This document shows positions 53,007 to 63,575 of a stretch of 64,000 nt of DNA, one piece after another. How positions within the stretch are numbered: position 1 is the stretch's first letter; each line of letters begins with the position of its first letter. The notes below the pieces were generated by a model. The model was not told where the DNA came from. It did not search any database and worked only from the letters and a program-made list of their open reading frames with translations. This DNA is from an uncultured Gemmatimonadales bacterium. Its GTDB lineage: Bacteria > Gemmatimonadota > Gemmatimonadetes > Gemmatimonadales > GWC2-71-9. The translations under genes and the position numbers were made by a program. The stretch covers positions 96,001-160,000 of the forward strand of contig CAWJIM010000023.1 of the NCBI GenBank assembly GCA_963842945.1, in the 5' to 3' direction.

Positions 53007-55325
53007 GTGTCCGATCCTCTCGCACTCCTGCGACTTGCGTTGGCTGATCGCTACACCATCGAGCGGGAGCTCGGCCGGGGCGGTATGGCGACGGTCTTTC
53101 TCGCCCAGGACCTGAAGCATCGCCGCCCGGTAGCGGTGAAACTGCTTCGGCCAGAACTGGCCGGACCGATCGGGCCCGACCGGTTTCTCCGCGAAATCGA
53201 GATCGCCGCCAGCCTGATCCATCCCCATATCCTGCCGCTCTTCGACTCCGGAAGCGTGGATGGACTGCTCTACTATGTCATGCCCTATATCGAAGGCGAG
53301 TCTCTGCGCCAACGGCTCGACCGGGAGCGGCAGCTGCCAGTCGAGGACGCCCTACGGATTACCCGCGAGGTGGCGGAGGCGCTGGGATACGCCCACGGTC
53401 TGGGCTTCGTCCATCGCGACATCAAGCCGGCGAACATTCTGCTTTCCCAGAACCACGCGGTGGTCGCCGACTTCGGCATCGCCCGCGCCATCACCGCGGC
53501 AGGTGGCGAGCAGCTCACCGAGGCCGGGCTGTCGCTCGGCACACCGGCCTACATGAGTCCGGAACAGGCCATGCAAGGCAGTGAGGTGGACGGCCGGAGC
53601 GATCTGTATAGCCTGGGATGTGTGCTGTACGAGATGCTGGTGGGTGATCCGCCGTTCCTGGGCCGAAGCCCACAGCATATTCTGGCGCGTCACGTGATGG
53701 ATCCGGTGCCGCCGGTGCGAACGGTTCGAGTGACGGTGTCGCCAAAGGTCGAGCGCGCATTGTTCCAGTCGCTGGCCAAAGCGCCCGCCGATCGCTACGC
53801 GACGATGTTCGACTTCGTCCAGGCGCTTGGCTCGGCGCCGGTGAGCGAGCCGGAGCTGACAGTAGCCCGTCCTATGCAGCCGCCGGTGCGCTCTATCGCT
53901 GTTCTTCCCTTTGCGAACCTGAGCGGAGACCCGGAAAACGAGTACTTCGGGGACGGCCTCGCGGAGGAGTTGCTGAGTTTGCTGGGCAGTGTAAAGGGAC
54001 TCCGGGTCGCCTCTCGCACATCGGCGTTTGTGTTCAAGAATAGCAAGACCGATCTCCGGACCATCGGGCAAACGCTCAACGTGCAGAATGTCCTCGAGGG
54101 TAGCGTGCGAAAAGCCGGGAATCGCATCCGAGTGACGGCACAGCTCAGCAACGCAACCGATGGTTACGACATCTGGTCGGAACGGTACGACCGCGAGCTC
54201 AAGGACGTGTTCGCCATCCAGGATGAGATCGCCCACACCATTGTCGATGCGCTCCATATCCAAATCACGGGTGAGCAGGCGGAACGGCTGGGGAAGCGTA
54301 CAACCGTCGATCCCGAGGCGTACGACTGCTACCTCAAGGGCCGACACCACTGGAACAACCGTCCCACCGGAACCTCGAAAGCAGTCGAATACTTCAAGCA
54401 GGCGGTGGCAAAGGATCCCAGCTACGCCTTGGCGTACACCGGCCTGGCCGATTGCTACGGGAGCATGGGCGGCTGGGAAGGCAACGCGATGCCGCCCCGC
54501 GATGCCTGGCCGCTCGCTGCGGCGGCGGCTCGACGCGCTTTGGAGCTCGACCATACATTGGGCGAGGCACACACCTCGCTGGCTCACGTGCACCTGCACT
54601 ACGATTGGGATTGGCCCGCCGCCGAAGGGGAGTTCCGCCGGGCAGTGGAACTCCACCCGGCCTACTCCACGGCACACCACTGGCTCTCCCATCTCGCGAT
54701 GGCCATGGGACGTCTGGAGACATCACTCGCCGAAAGCCGGAGATGTTTGGAGCTGGATCCAGTTGATCTCGTCATCAACGTCCATCTCATCTGGCACTAC
54801 TGGCTCGCGCGCCAGCCTGACGAAGCCATCGAGCAGGGATCGAAGACTCGCGAGCTGCATCCCAATTCGTTCTGGTCGGAGTTCTTCATCGGACTGGCAT
54901 ACGAGGACAAGCAGATGCCCGACGCCGCAGTCACCCATCTGGCGAAGGCCGCAACGATGTCGGGCGGGAGTACCTTCGTGCTCGCTGCATTGGGACACGC
55001 CCATGCGGCGGCAGGCCAGCGGGGGAAGGCCCTCGAACTGCTAGAAACCCTCAATGGACTCAGCCGAGAACGCTACGTCCCGGCCTATGACCGAGCGATG
55101 ATATACCTCGGACTGAACCAGATCGATCCGGCCATAGAGTGGCTGCAGCGCGCCTACCAGGAACGGTCCAGCTGGATCAGCTACCTCAACGTCGAGCCCA
55201 GACTCGCTCCTTTAAGGAGCGACCCTCGCTTTATCGAGTTGACGAAAGGGTTGGGATATCCGGAGCCGGCCTCGAACTTTTCGTCGGCCTCAGCCTCCGA
55301 TCTCGGAGCCGCGCGCACTCCTTGA
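53007..55325 (+). CDS. Ser/Thr kinase-TPR protein 4 (no TM segment)
   Basis: HRDIKPAN, DFG, SIAVLPFANLSGDPENEYFGDG, TPRs. Confidence 0.95.
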   Translation: MSDPLALLRLALADRYTIERELGRGGMATVFLAQDLKHRRPVAVKLLRPELAGPIGPDRFLREIEIAASLIHPHILPLFDSGSVDGLLYYVMPYIEGESLRQRLDRERQLPVEDALRITREVAEALGYAHGLGFVHRDIKPANILLSQNHAVVADFGIARAITAAGGEQLTEAGLSLGTPAYMSPEQAMQGSEVDGRSDLYSLGCVLYEMLVGDPPFLGRSPQHILARHVMDPVPPVRTVRVTVSPKVERALFQSLAKAPADRYATMFDFVQALGSAPVSEPELTVARPMQPPVRSIAVLPFANLSGDPENEYFGDGLAEELLSLLGSVKGLRVASRTSAFVFKNSKTDLRTIGQTLNVQNVLEGSVRKAGNRIRVTAQLSNATDGYDIWSERYDRELKDVFAIQDEIAHTIVDALHIQITGEQAERLGKRTTVDPEAYDCYLKGRHHWNNRPTGTSKAVEYFKQAVAKDPSYALAYTGLADCYGSMGGWEGNAMPPRDAWPLAAAAARRALELDHTLGEAHTSLAHVHLHYDWDWPAAEGEFRRAVELHPAYSTAHHWLSHLAMAMGRLETSLAESRRCLELDPVDLVINVHLIWHYWLARQPDEAIEQGSKTRELHPNSFWSEFFIGLAYEDKQMPDAAVTHLAKAATMSGGSTFVLAALGHAHAAAGQRGKALELLETLNGLSRERYVPAYDRAMIYLGLNQIDPAIEWLQRAYQERSSWISYLNVEPRLAPLRSDPRFIELTKGLGYPEPASNFSSASASDLGAARTP

Positions 55326-55452
55326 TCGTGCGTGCAATCTGGTTCCGAGCCATTAAGCAGCTCCTCGTCGGCCCCACCTCCACTGCGGATGCTGGCCGCG
55401 GGAAACGCTTACGGGATGTAATACGGAGAGGGCTGACCGAGCTCGGCGCCGA

Positions 55453-57083
55453 CTAGCCATCCCGACCTGTCGACTGTCCCGCCTGAAGCAGCTGCGCCCA
55501 GTCGAGCTCCGCCCAGTCCAGCTCCTCCTCGACGCGCTGGAACGCCGCGTCGCCGATCGTGCCGTCGGCCCGGAGCGCCACCAGCCGCTGCCGCTGGGCC
55601 TCGGTCGCGGCGCGCACCACCGCCGCGTCGCCGTCCTGAACGGCGGCATCCTCGACCGTCACCGGCGTGGACCGAACCCGCCTGCCGTCTCCGCTCCTCC
55701 GCCGCAAACTCCTCCTCCGCGCGGCGCAGCTGCAGCTGGTAGCGGTGCCGGACCAGCTCCGCCGTCTCCGCCCCCTCGCAGCACTCGGCCGCCGCCAGCG
55801 CCGCCCGCAGCGACTCGACCCGGGCGAGCCGCACCTCGCGATCCACCGTTCCGTCATCCTCGAGTCGCAGGCGCAGCAGCAGCGGCCGGAGCGTGAGCCC
55901 CTGCAGCACGAGCGTGCCGAGCACCACGCCGAAGGCGGTGACCAGGATCAGGTCGCGGTAGGGAAATCCGATCGGAAGCGCGAGCGCCGCGGCGAGGGTC
56001 ACCGTGCCGCGCATGCCGCACCACCCGACCAGCAGCGCGCTCCGGCGGTCGAGCGCCACCGCGTCCTTCGGCCCCGGCTTCCCTTCCCGCGGACGGCAGC
56101 GCCACCGGCTGAACGCCGCCGCGCCGGTCACCCACGCGATGCGCGCGAGGATCACCGCGACGCACACCGCCGCCGCGACGATGGCGTAGCGCGATCCCGC
56201 CGCGCCGGTCAGCCGCGCCGCGATGGACTTGAGCTGGAAGCCCACGAGGATGAACGCGAGCACGTTCAGCACGAACACCGCCACCTCCCACACCGCCCAC
56301 GACGGGATGCGGATGCGCGCCGGCATGATCTCGGCCGCCGGCGCGACGCCGCCATCGCGAAGACCACCAGGGTGATGATGCCCGAGAGGTGCAGCCGCTC
56401 GGCCAGGATCCAGACGCCGAAGGTCCCGCAGAACTGGAACACCACCGCGGTCGCCACGTCGTGGATCCGGCGCTGACGAAGAGCGTCGCGCGGGACAGCG
56501 CGAGCCCGAGCACGACGCTGCCGAGCGTGACCACCAGCAGCGTCGGCAGCACGCTCCAGCCGGAGAGGAAGCCGGTGACCGTGGCGCCGACCGCGAGCCG
56601 GTAGACGAGCAGCGCGCTGGCGTCGTTGAAGAGGCTCTCGCCCTCGAGGATGACGAGCAGCCGGTGCGGCGGGCGGAGCTGCTTGAGCACCGTGGTCGCG
56701 GCCGCCGCGTCGGGCGGGGCCACGATGGCGCCGAGCGCGATCGCCGCCGCCCACGGCAGGTCGGGGACGAGCATCCGCGCGACGACGGCGACGACGGCGA
56801 TGGTGAGCGCCACCGCGCCGAGGGCGAGGCTGGCGACGGTCCGCCAGTTGGCGCGCAGGTCGCGCGGCGAGGCGTCGAAGGCGGCGTCGACCAGCACCGG
56901 CGCGACGAACAGCGCCAGCGCCAGCTCGGGATCGAGCACCAGCGTGGGCAGGCCGGGGATGAGCGCGAGCGCGGCGCCGGCGAGCGCCACCAGCGCCGGA
57001 TAGGGCGCGCCGAGCTGCCGCGCCACCGCCGCCAGCGCCGCACCGCCGAGCAGCAGCGCGATGACGACCTCGAAGACTTCCAC
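55453..57083 (-). CDS. CPA1 Na+/H+ antiporter (frameshifts)
   Basis: APPDA, ILEGESLFNDA, GMRGTVTLAAAL, TLVLQGLTL. Confidence 0.9.
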
Positions 57084-59503
57084 TAAGACTCCTGGTTGGC
57101 AGCTCTGGCTTCTTCCGTCTCGGCCCGGTCCCGCATTCCCTGCACCTCGCGCAAGAGTTGCTGGAACCCGGGATCACCGCGGAGCGGCTGGAGCAGCGGA
57201 TCCCAGGCGAACCATCCGGCACAGGGGAATCCGGTCTGTGCCGCCTGGCCCAGCCATCGCCGAGCCTCCCCGAGTTGCCCCAGCTGCGCATATGCCACGC
57301 CGATGCTGTAGGCCACGTGGTGATCCATGTAGCCCCCACCGGTAACTTCGCGCAGCAGCGCCTGCGCTCTGTTTCGGTCGCCTCGGGCCGCCACGAAACT
57401 GGCCAATGCCGCCTTGGCCCGCCCCACCGCCGAGGCCGACGACGAACGGCTCAGCGTATCCAGCGTCGCCTCGGCCCGCGCGCGTTCACCATAATAGAAG
57501 TACGCCTGCGCCAGATATGAATCGGAAACCGGCCGATCACTCAGCCGGCGCACCTGCTCGAACAGATCGACTGCCTGGTCGGGATGGCCGCTCAGCAGCG
57601 CGATGACGCCCTCGGTCCTCACCTGCTCCACTCGATTTTCCGGGTTGACCTTCTCCCCTTCGCGCACCTCCTCCCGGGCCCGTTCGAACAGACCCAGGTG
57701 GTAGAATGCCGCAGCGCGGTAGTAATGACCGAGGTCGATGCTGGGATTGAGCGCCAGCGCGCGACGGGCCTCCTCCAGCGTTCCGTTCCAATTGAACTCC
57801 GCTTTGCGGTACACGGCCGCCATGGCGAGATGCGCCTCAGCCAGATTGGGATCGAGGGTCAGGGCGTGGCGAGCCTCCTGCTCCGCCCGGGCCCCCCAGG
57901 TCTTGACCTCGGGAGCCGAAGCGAACCGGAGATGCATGTCGGCGCTCGCCATGGCGAGCCCCGCGCGGGCCAGCGCGTAGTTGGGATCGAGCTGCAGCGC
58001 GCGCTGGAAGTTGTCGACCGCGGCCAGGGTGCTCTCCTTGGTGAGCCGGGCGAGCTGGGCCCGTCCAGCGAGATAGCGTTCGTATGCGGCGGCATTGCTG
58101 GTGTAATGGCGATAGACCCGGGCCCGCTCCTCGTCGCTCATTCGGATTGCCAGCGCTGCGCTGACCCGCCTCGCGATCGAATCCTGGAGCGTGAGCAGAT
58201 CCTGCCGCGCAAGATCGTAGTGCTCGCCCCAGAGCAGCGCGCCGTCCTTTGCCCTCAGGAGCTGCACGCTCACCCGGAGGCGCTCGCCCGCCGGTTCCAC
58301 CGTGCCATTGAGCACATAGTCAGTTCGAAGGGCCTTGGCGACCGCACCGATGTCCGGAGCCTGGTCCTGGTAGCGGATGATCGCGCTGGTGGGACGCACC
58401 CGGAGCTGGCTCACGTTGGCCAGGCGGGTGATGATCGCGTCAGGGATACCGATGCCGAGTGCTCCGGTCTCGTCGCCTTGGAGCAAGGGACGGAACGGCA
58501 GGATGGCGACGGTGGTGAGCCCGTCCGCTCCATTGTTGTCGCTCAGTACCAGGGAATAAACCAGATAGGCAGCGCCGCCCAGAAGCAGCGCCAGAGCGGA
58601 GAGAACCGCGGCTCGCGGGCGCCGGCGATGCGGCAGCTCGGGCGGCGGGCGCTCTGCTGCACCGGAGAGTGACGCCGGCTGATGCAGTGCCGCGGCGAAC
58701 TCGGCCCCGGTGGCGAACCGGTCGGCCGGAAGCTTCTCCAACGATTTCAACAGCGCCAGCTCCACCGTCTCTGGCACCGTCCCTCGCAGGGTGCGAACAT
58801 GGGGGGTCGGCTCCAGGAATCGCTTCGCGACCACGCTCTGCGCGGTGGGGCCGGTGAACGGCGGTTCGCCGGCCAGCATCTCGAAGAGCACGGTGCCCAA
58901 CGCATAGATGTCGCTTCGCCCATCGACGGTGCTGCTGGCGGTGGCCTGCTCCGGGCTCATGTACGTCGGGGTGCCCAGGGCCAGCCCGGTCTCGGTGAGC
59001 CGGTCGTCGCGGCCGGCATCGATCGCCCGGGCGACCCCAAAGTCGGCGACCAGCGCCTGCCCGTCGGAGAGCAGGATGTTCTCCGGCTTGATGTCTCGGT
59101 GAACCACGCCATGACGGTGGGCGTAGTCCAGGGCCAGCGCAATCTCGGATGCCAGCCGCACTGCGTCCTCGATCGGGAGCTGCACCTCGCGCTCCAGCCG
59201 TTGCCGGAGACTCTCGCCCTCGACGTAAGCCATGGTGTACCAAAGCAGCCCGCCGGCCTCGCCCGAGTCGAGCAAGGTCAGAATGTGGGGATGCTGAAGG
59301 CGCGCGGTGGTTCGGATCTCGCGGAGAAAGCGCTCGGCGCCGAGAGAGGCGGCCAGGTCGGGGTGAAGCAGCTTCAGCGCGACTGACCGGTCGTGGCGGA
59401 GATCGCGCGCGAGATAGACGGTTGCCATTCCCCCGCGGCCGAGCTCGCGTTCGACGATGTAGCGGCCCTGAAGAGCATCGTTGAGGGCGGACGGTGGGAG
59501 CAC
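57083..59503 (-). CDS. Ser/Thr kinase-TPR protein 5 (start approximate)
   Basis: All Hanks motifs, TM, TVAILPF, TPRs. Confidence 0.93.
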   Translation of the reverse strand: MLPPSALNDALQGRYIVERELGRGGMATVYLARDLRHDRSVALKLLHPDLAASLGAERFLREIRTTARLQHPHILTLLDSGEAGGLLWYTMAYVEGESLRQRLEREVQLPIEDAVRLASEIALALDYAHRHGVVHRDIKPENILLSDGQALVADFGVARAIDAGRDDRLTETGLALGTPTYMSPEQATASSTVDGRSDIYALGTVLFEMLAGEPPFTGPTAQSVVAKRFLEPTPHVRTLRGTVPETVELALLKSLEKLPADRFATGAEFAAALHQPASLSGAAERPPPELPHRRRPRAAVLSALALLLGGAAYLVYSLVLSDNNGADGLTTVAILPFRPLLQGDETGALGIGIPDAIITRLANVSQLRVRPTSAIIRYQDQAPDIGAVAKALRTDYVLNGTVEPAGERLRVSVQLLRAKDGALLWGEHYDLARQDLLTLQDSIARRVSAALAIRMSDEERARVYRHYTSNAAAYERYLAGRAQLARLTKESTLAAVDNFQRALQLDPNYALARAGLAMASADMHLRFASAPEVKTWGARAEQEARHALTLDPNLAEAHLAMAAVYRKAEFNWNGTLEEARRALALNPSIDLGHYYRAAAFYHLGLFERAREEVREGEKVNPENRVEQVRTEGVIALLSGHPDQAVDLFEQVRRLSDRPVSDSYLAQAYFYYGERARAEATLDTLSRSSSASAVGRAKAALASFVAARGDRNRAQALLREVTGGGYMDHHVAYSIGVAYAQLGQLGEARRWLGQAAQTGFPCAGWFAWDPLLQPLRGDPGFQQLLREVQGMRDRAETEEARAANQES

Positions 59504-59602
59504 AGGCGCATGACCGGGAGAGGTGAGGGGAAATGTGCAGATGGGTCCGGGAGGAGGGAAGACGGAGATCCCGGAAGTGGGTGCGTCCCAGTCCGGGCGC
59601 CG

Positions 59603-59634
59603 AAAAGAGAAACGCCCCCGTGAGCCGGGGGCGT
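59603..59634 (-). terminator. Rho-independent terminator
   Basis: ACGCCCCCG/CGGGGGCGT stem followed by TTTCTCTTTT on the minus strand. Confidence 0.75.
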
Positions 59635-59668
59635 CCTCCCTCAATCCGGGACAGTCAGGGATCACTGA

Positions 59669-60124
59669 CTAGTGATTGTCCCACCCATAGTGGTTCCCGT
59701 TGTCATGATGATCCCGGTCATGGCGATCGCGATCGTCATCGCCGCCGCTACCATCGCGGCCGTTATCGCTGTGGCGGTGCCGCTTCCACTGATAGTCGTT
59801 GATATAGTAGCGGCCCCCACGCTCGTACACGATCACCTCGCTGAGGACCGTGCGGCCGAACGGGCGACGATAGAAGCGGCTCCCGTCGGAGTACACGGTG
59901 ATCACTCGATAGCCGGACCTCTTCCACCAGCGATTGCGGCCGCGGATCCGCTCGACGACGACCACCTCCGCGCCCATGGTTCTGCGGGCGCGATCCGCCA
60001 GTCCGGTTTTCGGGCTGCCCTGAACGATCACGGCACCCTGAGTCGTAGTCTGAGCCGAGAGTGGCGCAGCGATCAGGCCGAACGCCAGGCCGGCACACCA
60101 ACGCACCGCGATACTGCGCTTCAT
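59669..60124 (-). CDS. Secreted hypothetical protein, paralogue of 32557-33154
   Basis: VVVVER..WWK.S.YRVITVY.DGSRFYRRPF..YERGGRYYI. Confidence 0.7.
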   Translation of the reverse strand: MKRSIAVRWCAGLAFGLIAAPLSAQTTTQGAVIVQGSPKTGLADRARRTMGAEVVVVERIRGRNRWWKRSGYRVITVYSDGSRFYRRPFGRTVLSEVIVYERGGRYYINDYQWKRHRHSDNGRDGSGGDDDRDRHDRDHHDNGNHYGWDNH

Positions 60125-60160
60125 AGTGGCCTCGAAGTGTTGGGGAACGGCCGATCAATA

Positions 60161-60177
60161 CGCGAGCCGTGTGCCAA
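60161..60177 (-). promoter_or_regulatory. Sigma54-like -24/-12 promoter
   Basis: TTGGCACACGGCTCGCG (GG-N10-GC). Confidence 0.55.
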
Positions 60178-60250
60178 CACCTAAGCTCTTGCGGCGCATA
60201 GGCTGCAGGAAACTGCATCAGGGGAAAGAGGGAGAAGACGGAGAAACGGC

Positions 60251-60581
60251 CTACGCGGGCTGGAGCAGCCCGATGATGTGCCGTCCGCATCCTTACCGAC
60301 GCGATGAGCCTGCCGCCCATGTCACTGACCTCCCGCTGAATCGTTGCGCCGGCGTCGAGGAGATGCTTCAGTGCGCCGTGGATATCGGCCACATGCAGAT
60401 AAGCGGTCGCGCCGGTCTTGTGGCCGTTCGGGTCGAGGCCGATTTCCTGATTTCCGACGTTGAATTGCACGTAGGACGGATAGTCCACCGCGGGCTCCAC
60501 ACCCAGCAGCTTGCTGAAAACCGACTTCGACTTCACCACGTCCCGTACCGGATAGATCATGGTCTTGATGTACGACGTCAT
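60251..60581 (-). CDS. VOC/glyoxalase-family protein (frameshift near C-terminus)
   Basis: IKTMIYPVRD, EIGLDPNGH, V.DI..L.AGA, GGRLIA..IGLLQ. Confidence 0.8.
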
Positions 60582-60637
60582 TGGGGGCGCCTCCGCTCGA
60601 TGGTTTCCCGATCCGGCCCTCTGCCGGACACCAGGAT

Positions 60638-60664
60638 GACGGAGGGCGAATCGGGAATGTGACA
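60638..60664 (-). promoter_or_regulatory. ECF41-type promoter TGTCACA-N16-CGTC
   Basis: Exact consensus match upstream of the VOC gene. Confidence 0.8.
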
Positions 60665-60678
60665 AGGCGCCTGCGCCC

Positions 60679-61040
60679 TCAGCGCTCCGCGTTTCTATCC
60701 AGCACCGGTTTCACATCGAGGATCGGCGTTCCATCGATGGCCTCCAGGTGGCAAACTCGGATGCGCAAACCCTGGATCTCCAGGATATCCACCGATGGAG
60801 ACCGAAGGGGTCGGCCGATCGGCCGAGCGAGGGCTGAAGACGCCGGTCAGTGGATTGGCAGGGTTGTCCCGGGGGTGCACAAGCAGAACGTCTCGCTGCG
60901 CGCGATCCAGCCAGGGAGCACGAGCACGGCGTCGCCGACCTTCAGATCGCGCAGTCCATCGTTGAACCGCTCGTCGAAGTGACATGCGTCGGGAGAGCCC
61001 TCGTGGCCCGCTTCGGCGCCCGGCCTGGATCGCGTAACGG
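60679..61040 (-). pseudogene. trmO: TsaA/TrmO-like methyltransferase remnant
   Basis: WLDRA..LLVHPR..GVFSPRS.DRP and LEAIDGTPILDVKP in different frames; no clear start. Confidence 0.7.
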
Positions 61041-61099
61041 CGACTCGACGCGACCAACCGCTGTCAGCGCATAGCTCGGGTCGCGCAAGCGACGGCCCT

Positions 61100-61944
61100 T
61101 TCTCTTCCTGGAGGAGAACCAGTCCGGCCCGCTCGAGCCGACCGCGATCGGCGATCAGAACGATGCCGCGATCTTTCCGGCCCGATGGGAACCCGACGAT
61201 GAAGCGGCGGGCCGCCTCCTCGTCCACACGGCGCCGGTAATCAGGAACCAGCGCCAGGCGGCAACCATTCCTCGACCCTTGAAGCTCGTGCGACTCCCCG
61301 GCCAGGGATAGGCCGCGCCCCAAGCGCACGACTGCTGGCGGCCCCAGACAACGTCCGGATCGAGCATCGAAAGCAGGGTGTCAAAGTCTCCGTGGCGCGA
61401 CGCCGCGAGGAAGGCGTCCACCAGGTCACGCTGGCGAGCGCGATCGCCGCCCCCCTCCATGTCCCCACCCGCCTCGGCGGCGGGCCCGGCTGGCCAGATG
61501 GCGCTCGCAGCCTCCGATCGCTCCACAAGCGGAGCGATGTCCGCGAAGGGAACCGCAAAAAGATCGTCAAGGAAGAAGGCAACCCGGTCGGCCGAAGTCA
61601 GGGTCTCGAGGACCAGGTGCAGTGCGGCACCGATCGAGTCACCGAGCAGCAGCTCACGTTCGGCTTCGATCTCACTGGAGTCGGGATCGGCTCCGGCTCG
61701 TCAATCGGCTCCTCGGCCCGGGACTTTCGGGAACGCAACAGATCCAGGCATACGCGGGAGACCACTGTGGTGAGCCAGCCGCCGAGATTGGTGATGCTGT
61801 TCTGCTCCGCGCGGCTAAGCCGTAGCCATGCTTCCTGGACCGCGTCTTCCGCTTCCTCCACCAGCCGAGCATCCGCTGAGCCACCGCCTGCAGGTGGCGC
61901 CGGTGACGCTCGAAGAGTTGAGCCAGCCATTCATCGTCCGCCAT
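61100..61944 (-). pseudogene. ECF41-type sigma factor with SnoaL-like extension, degraded
   Basis: EAEDAVQEAWLRL..GGWLTTVVSRVCLDLLRSR, VDAFLAASRHGDF..LDPDVV; many frame breaks. Confidence 0.75.
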
Positions 61945-61980
61945 CGGTCACCCTTCCCTGTCTCAGGTCGTCAGGTGATT

Positions 61981-62007
61981 GACGGGACGACGCAGCCTTT
62001 TGTGACG
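61981..62007 (-). promoter_or_regulatory. ECF41-type promoter CGTCACA-N16-CGTC
   Basis: One mismatch to consensus; upstream of the sigma gene itself. Confidence 0.7.
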
Positions 62008-62017
62008 CATCGCTCGG

Positions 62018-62746
62018 TCACCGGCTCGGGCCGCGGGCCGGCAGCAGATCGCCGGCGGCAGAGAGTTTCCTGTCTCCTGCACTCAACCGGTGCGCGACCC
62101 TGCTCGCCTGGATCACTCGAACGATCGCCAAGATGCCGGGGATCATCGGCAGGATCGCGGTGTACATGCCGGGGAAGTAGTACACGCCGGTAGTCCCGAT
62201 CCAGTAGTTGGGCATTCCGGCGACGATCCGGCCGTTCGACACCGCGGCCGAGACCGGAGCGGCCAGCTCGGGTCGGATCGCCGGCTGAAGCAATGGAAAG
62301 ATGAAGTGGGTGAACTCCGCGACTCCTGGGCCGATGAAGATGAACCAGGCGATGAAGCCAGCCAGAGGGACCCGGTAGTAGAGTCCCAGCGCGGTCAGCG
62401 TATAGAGGATCGGCCCGATGAAGGTGAAGACGAGGAGAAAGGAGCGCTCGGTCCAGGAGATGTCGAACAGGCGGCTCATGGCCGGACCGAATCCGGTGAG
62501 GTATTCCTCGATCATGTGAACTTCGAGTGCCGCCACGGTCAGGAGGAAGAGCGGAAGGATTACCCGGGGATCGAGCGGCCTCCGGAGATAGGTCTTGCTC
62601 CAGAGGACCAGGGCGACCAGGCCGGAGCCGCCCACGATCACCACCGGCGGCAAACCGATGTTCCGGTAGCCGGCTATCATCGCCGTGGCGATGAAGAGCA
62701 GGGCGGCGACGAAGCTGAGGACGCGGGTTGAGGTGCTGGTTTCCAT
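62018..62746 (-). CDS. HXXEE-domain membrane protein
   Basis: HMIEEY, YFPGMYTA, TM helices. Confidence 0.8.
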   Translation of the reverse strand: METSTSTRVLSFVAALLFIATAMIAGYRNIGLPPVVIVGGSGLVALVLWSKTYLRRPLDPRVILPLFLLTVAALEVHMIEEYLTGFGPAMSRLFDISWTERSFLLVFTFIGPILYTLTALGLYYRVPLAGFIAWFIFIGPGVAEFTHFIFPLLQPAIRPELAAPVSAAVSNGRIVAGMPNYWIGTTGVYYFPGMYTAILPMIPGILAIVRVIQASRVAHRLSAGDRKLSAAGDLLPARGPSR

Positions 62747-62944
62747 GGCGATCCTCCGCTCTTCTCCAGCAGGGCGACTGCCGCCACCCGGACCGGGCTG
62801 GTTTCGAGCCAGATGCTGGGTCTGGCAACGACCCGTTATCTGCTCCGTCTCCCGGCGGTGGTGGCCCTGGACCGAGCCGCGGTAGTTCGCTGGCTGGGAC
62901 CTACCATTCAGCGCTACCTCACGGCCAGGTAACTGAGGGGAAGC

Positions 62945-63466
62945 TCAGTGGCCCCCGTTGCCGGCTCCGGCCGCATGGCCAACCCGCCCCGCAGCGATCG
63001 CGTTCTCGACATCGATCAGGCCTGACTCCCCTACCCGCTGCACCATCTTGAGCAGCGTGTCCATGGTGGACACCTCCTCCAGCTGCTCCCGGGCGAACCA
63101 CTCCAGAAAGTCGTGCGCGACGTAGTCCTTCTCAGCGGATGCCCGGTCGAGCAGGGCGGTGATCTGCTTGGTGACGGTGTACTCCCAGTCGAGGGCCGTC
63201 GAGACCGCCTCTTCCGCGCTCTTGAACTCGTGCCGGCTGGCGGGGACCGCTGGAATAGCGAGGTGGCCACCCGCGTCCATGATGTAGCGTACGAACTTCA
63301 TCGCATGCATCCGCTCCTCGTCCGCCTGCTTAAGGAAGAACTGGGCCAGCACCGGCAGCCCGACATTGTCGAAGTACCCCGCAACGTTCACGTACTGGAG
63401 CGAGGCCCCGAACTCGTGGCCGATCTGCCCATTCATCTGGTCTGCCATACTCTGGCTTATCAGCAC
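62945..63466 (-). CDS. ftnA: Non-heme ferritin
   Basis: E..Y, QADEERMHAMKF, E..VT, FLEWFAREQLEE ferroxidase residues. Confidence 0.9.
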   Translation of the reverse strand: MLISQSMADQMNGQIGHEFGASLQYVNVAGYFDNVGLPVLAQFFLKQADEERMHAMKFVRYIMDAGGHLAIPAVPASRHEFKSAEEAVSTALDWEYTVTKQITALLDRASAEKDYVAHDFLEWFAREQLEEVSTMDTLLKMVQRVGESGLIDVENAIAAGRVGHAAGAGNGGH

Positions 63467-63575
63467 CTATGCCTCCAGGTTGTTCGTTCGACGCCTCGCC
63501 AGCTCATCGCCGCCTTCAATCTACTGCATCCATTCGGCCTGCTCCCAATGACCGTGTGCGCGTTATAATCCTGCA

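Noticed and set aside
6969..54692. Long antisense or alternate-frame ORFs (e.g. 7015-8655, 24999-26435, 53352-54692)
   Set aside because: Shadow ORFs expected at high GC; they overlap well-supported genes and show no recognisable motifs.
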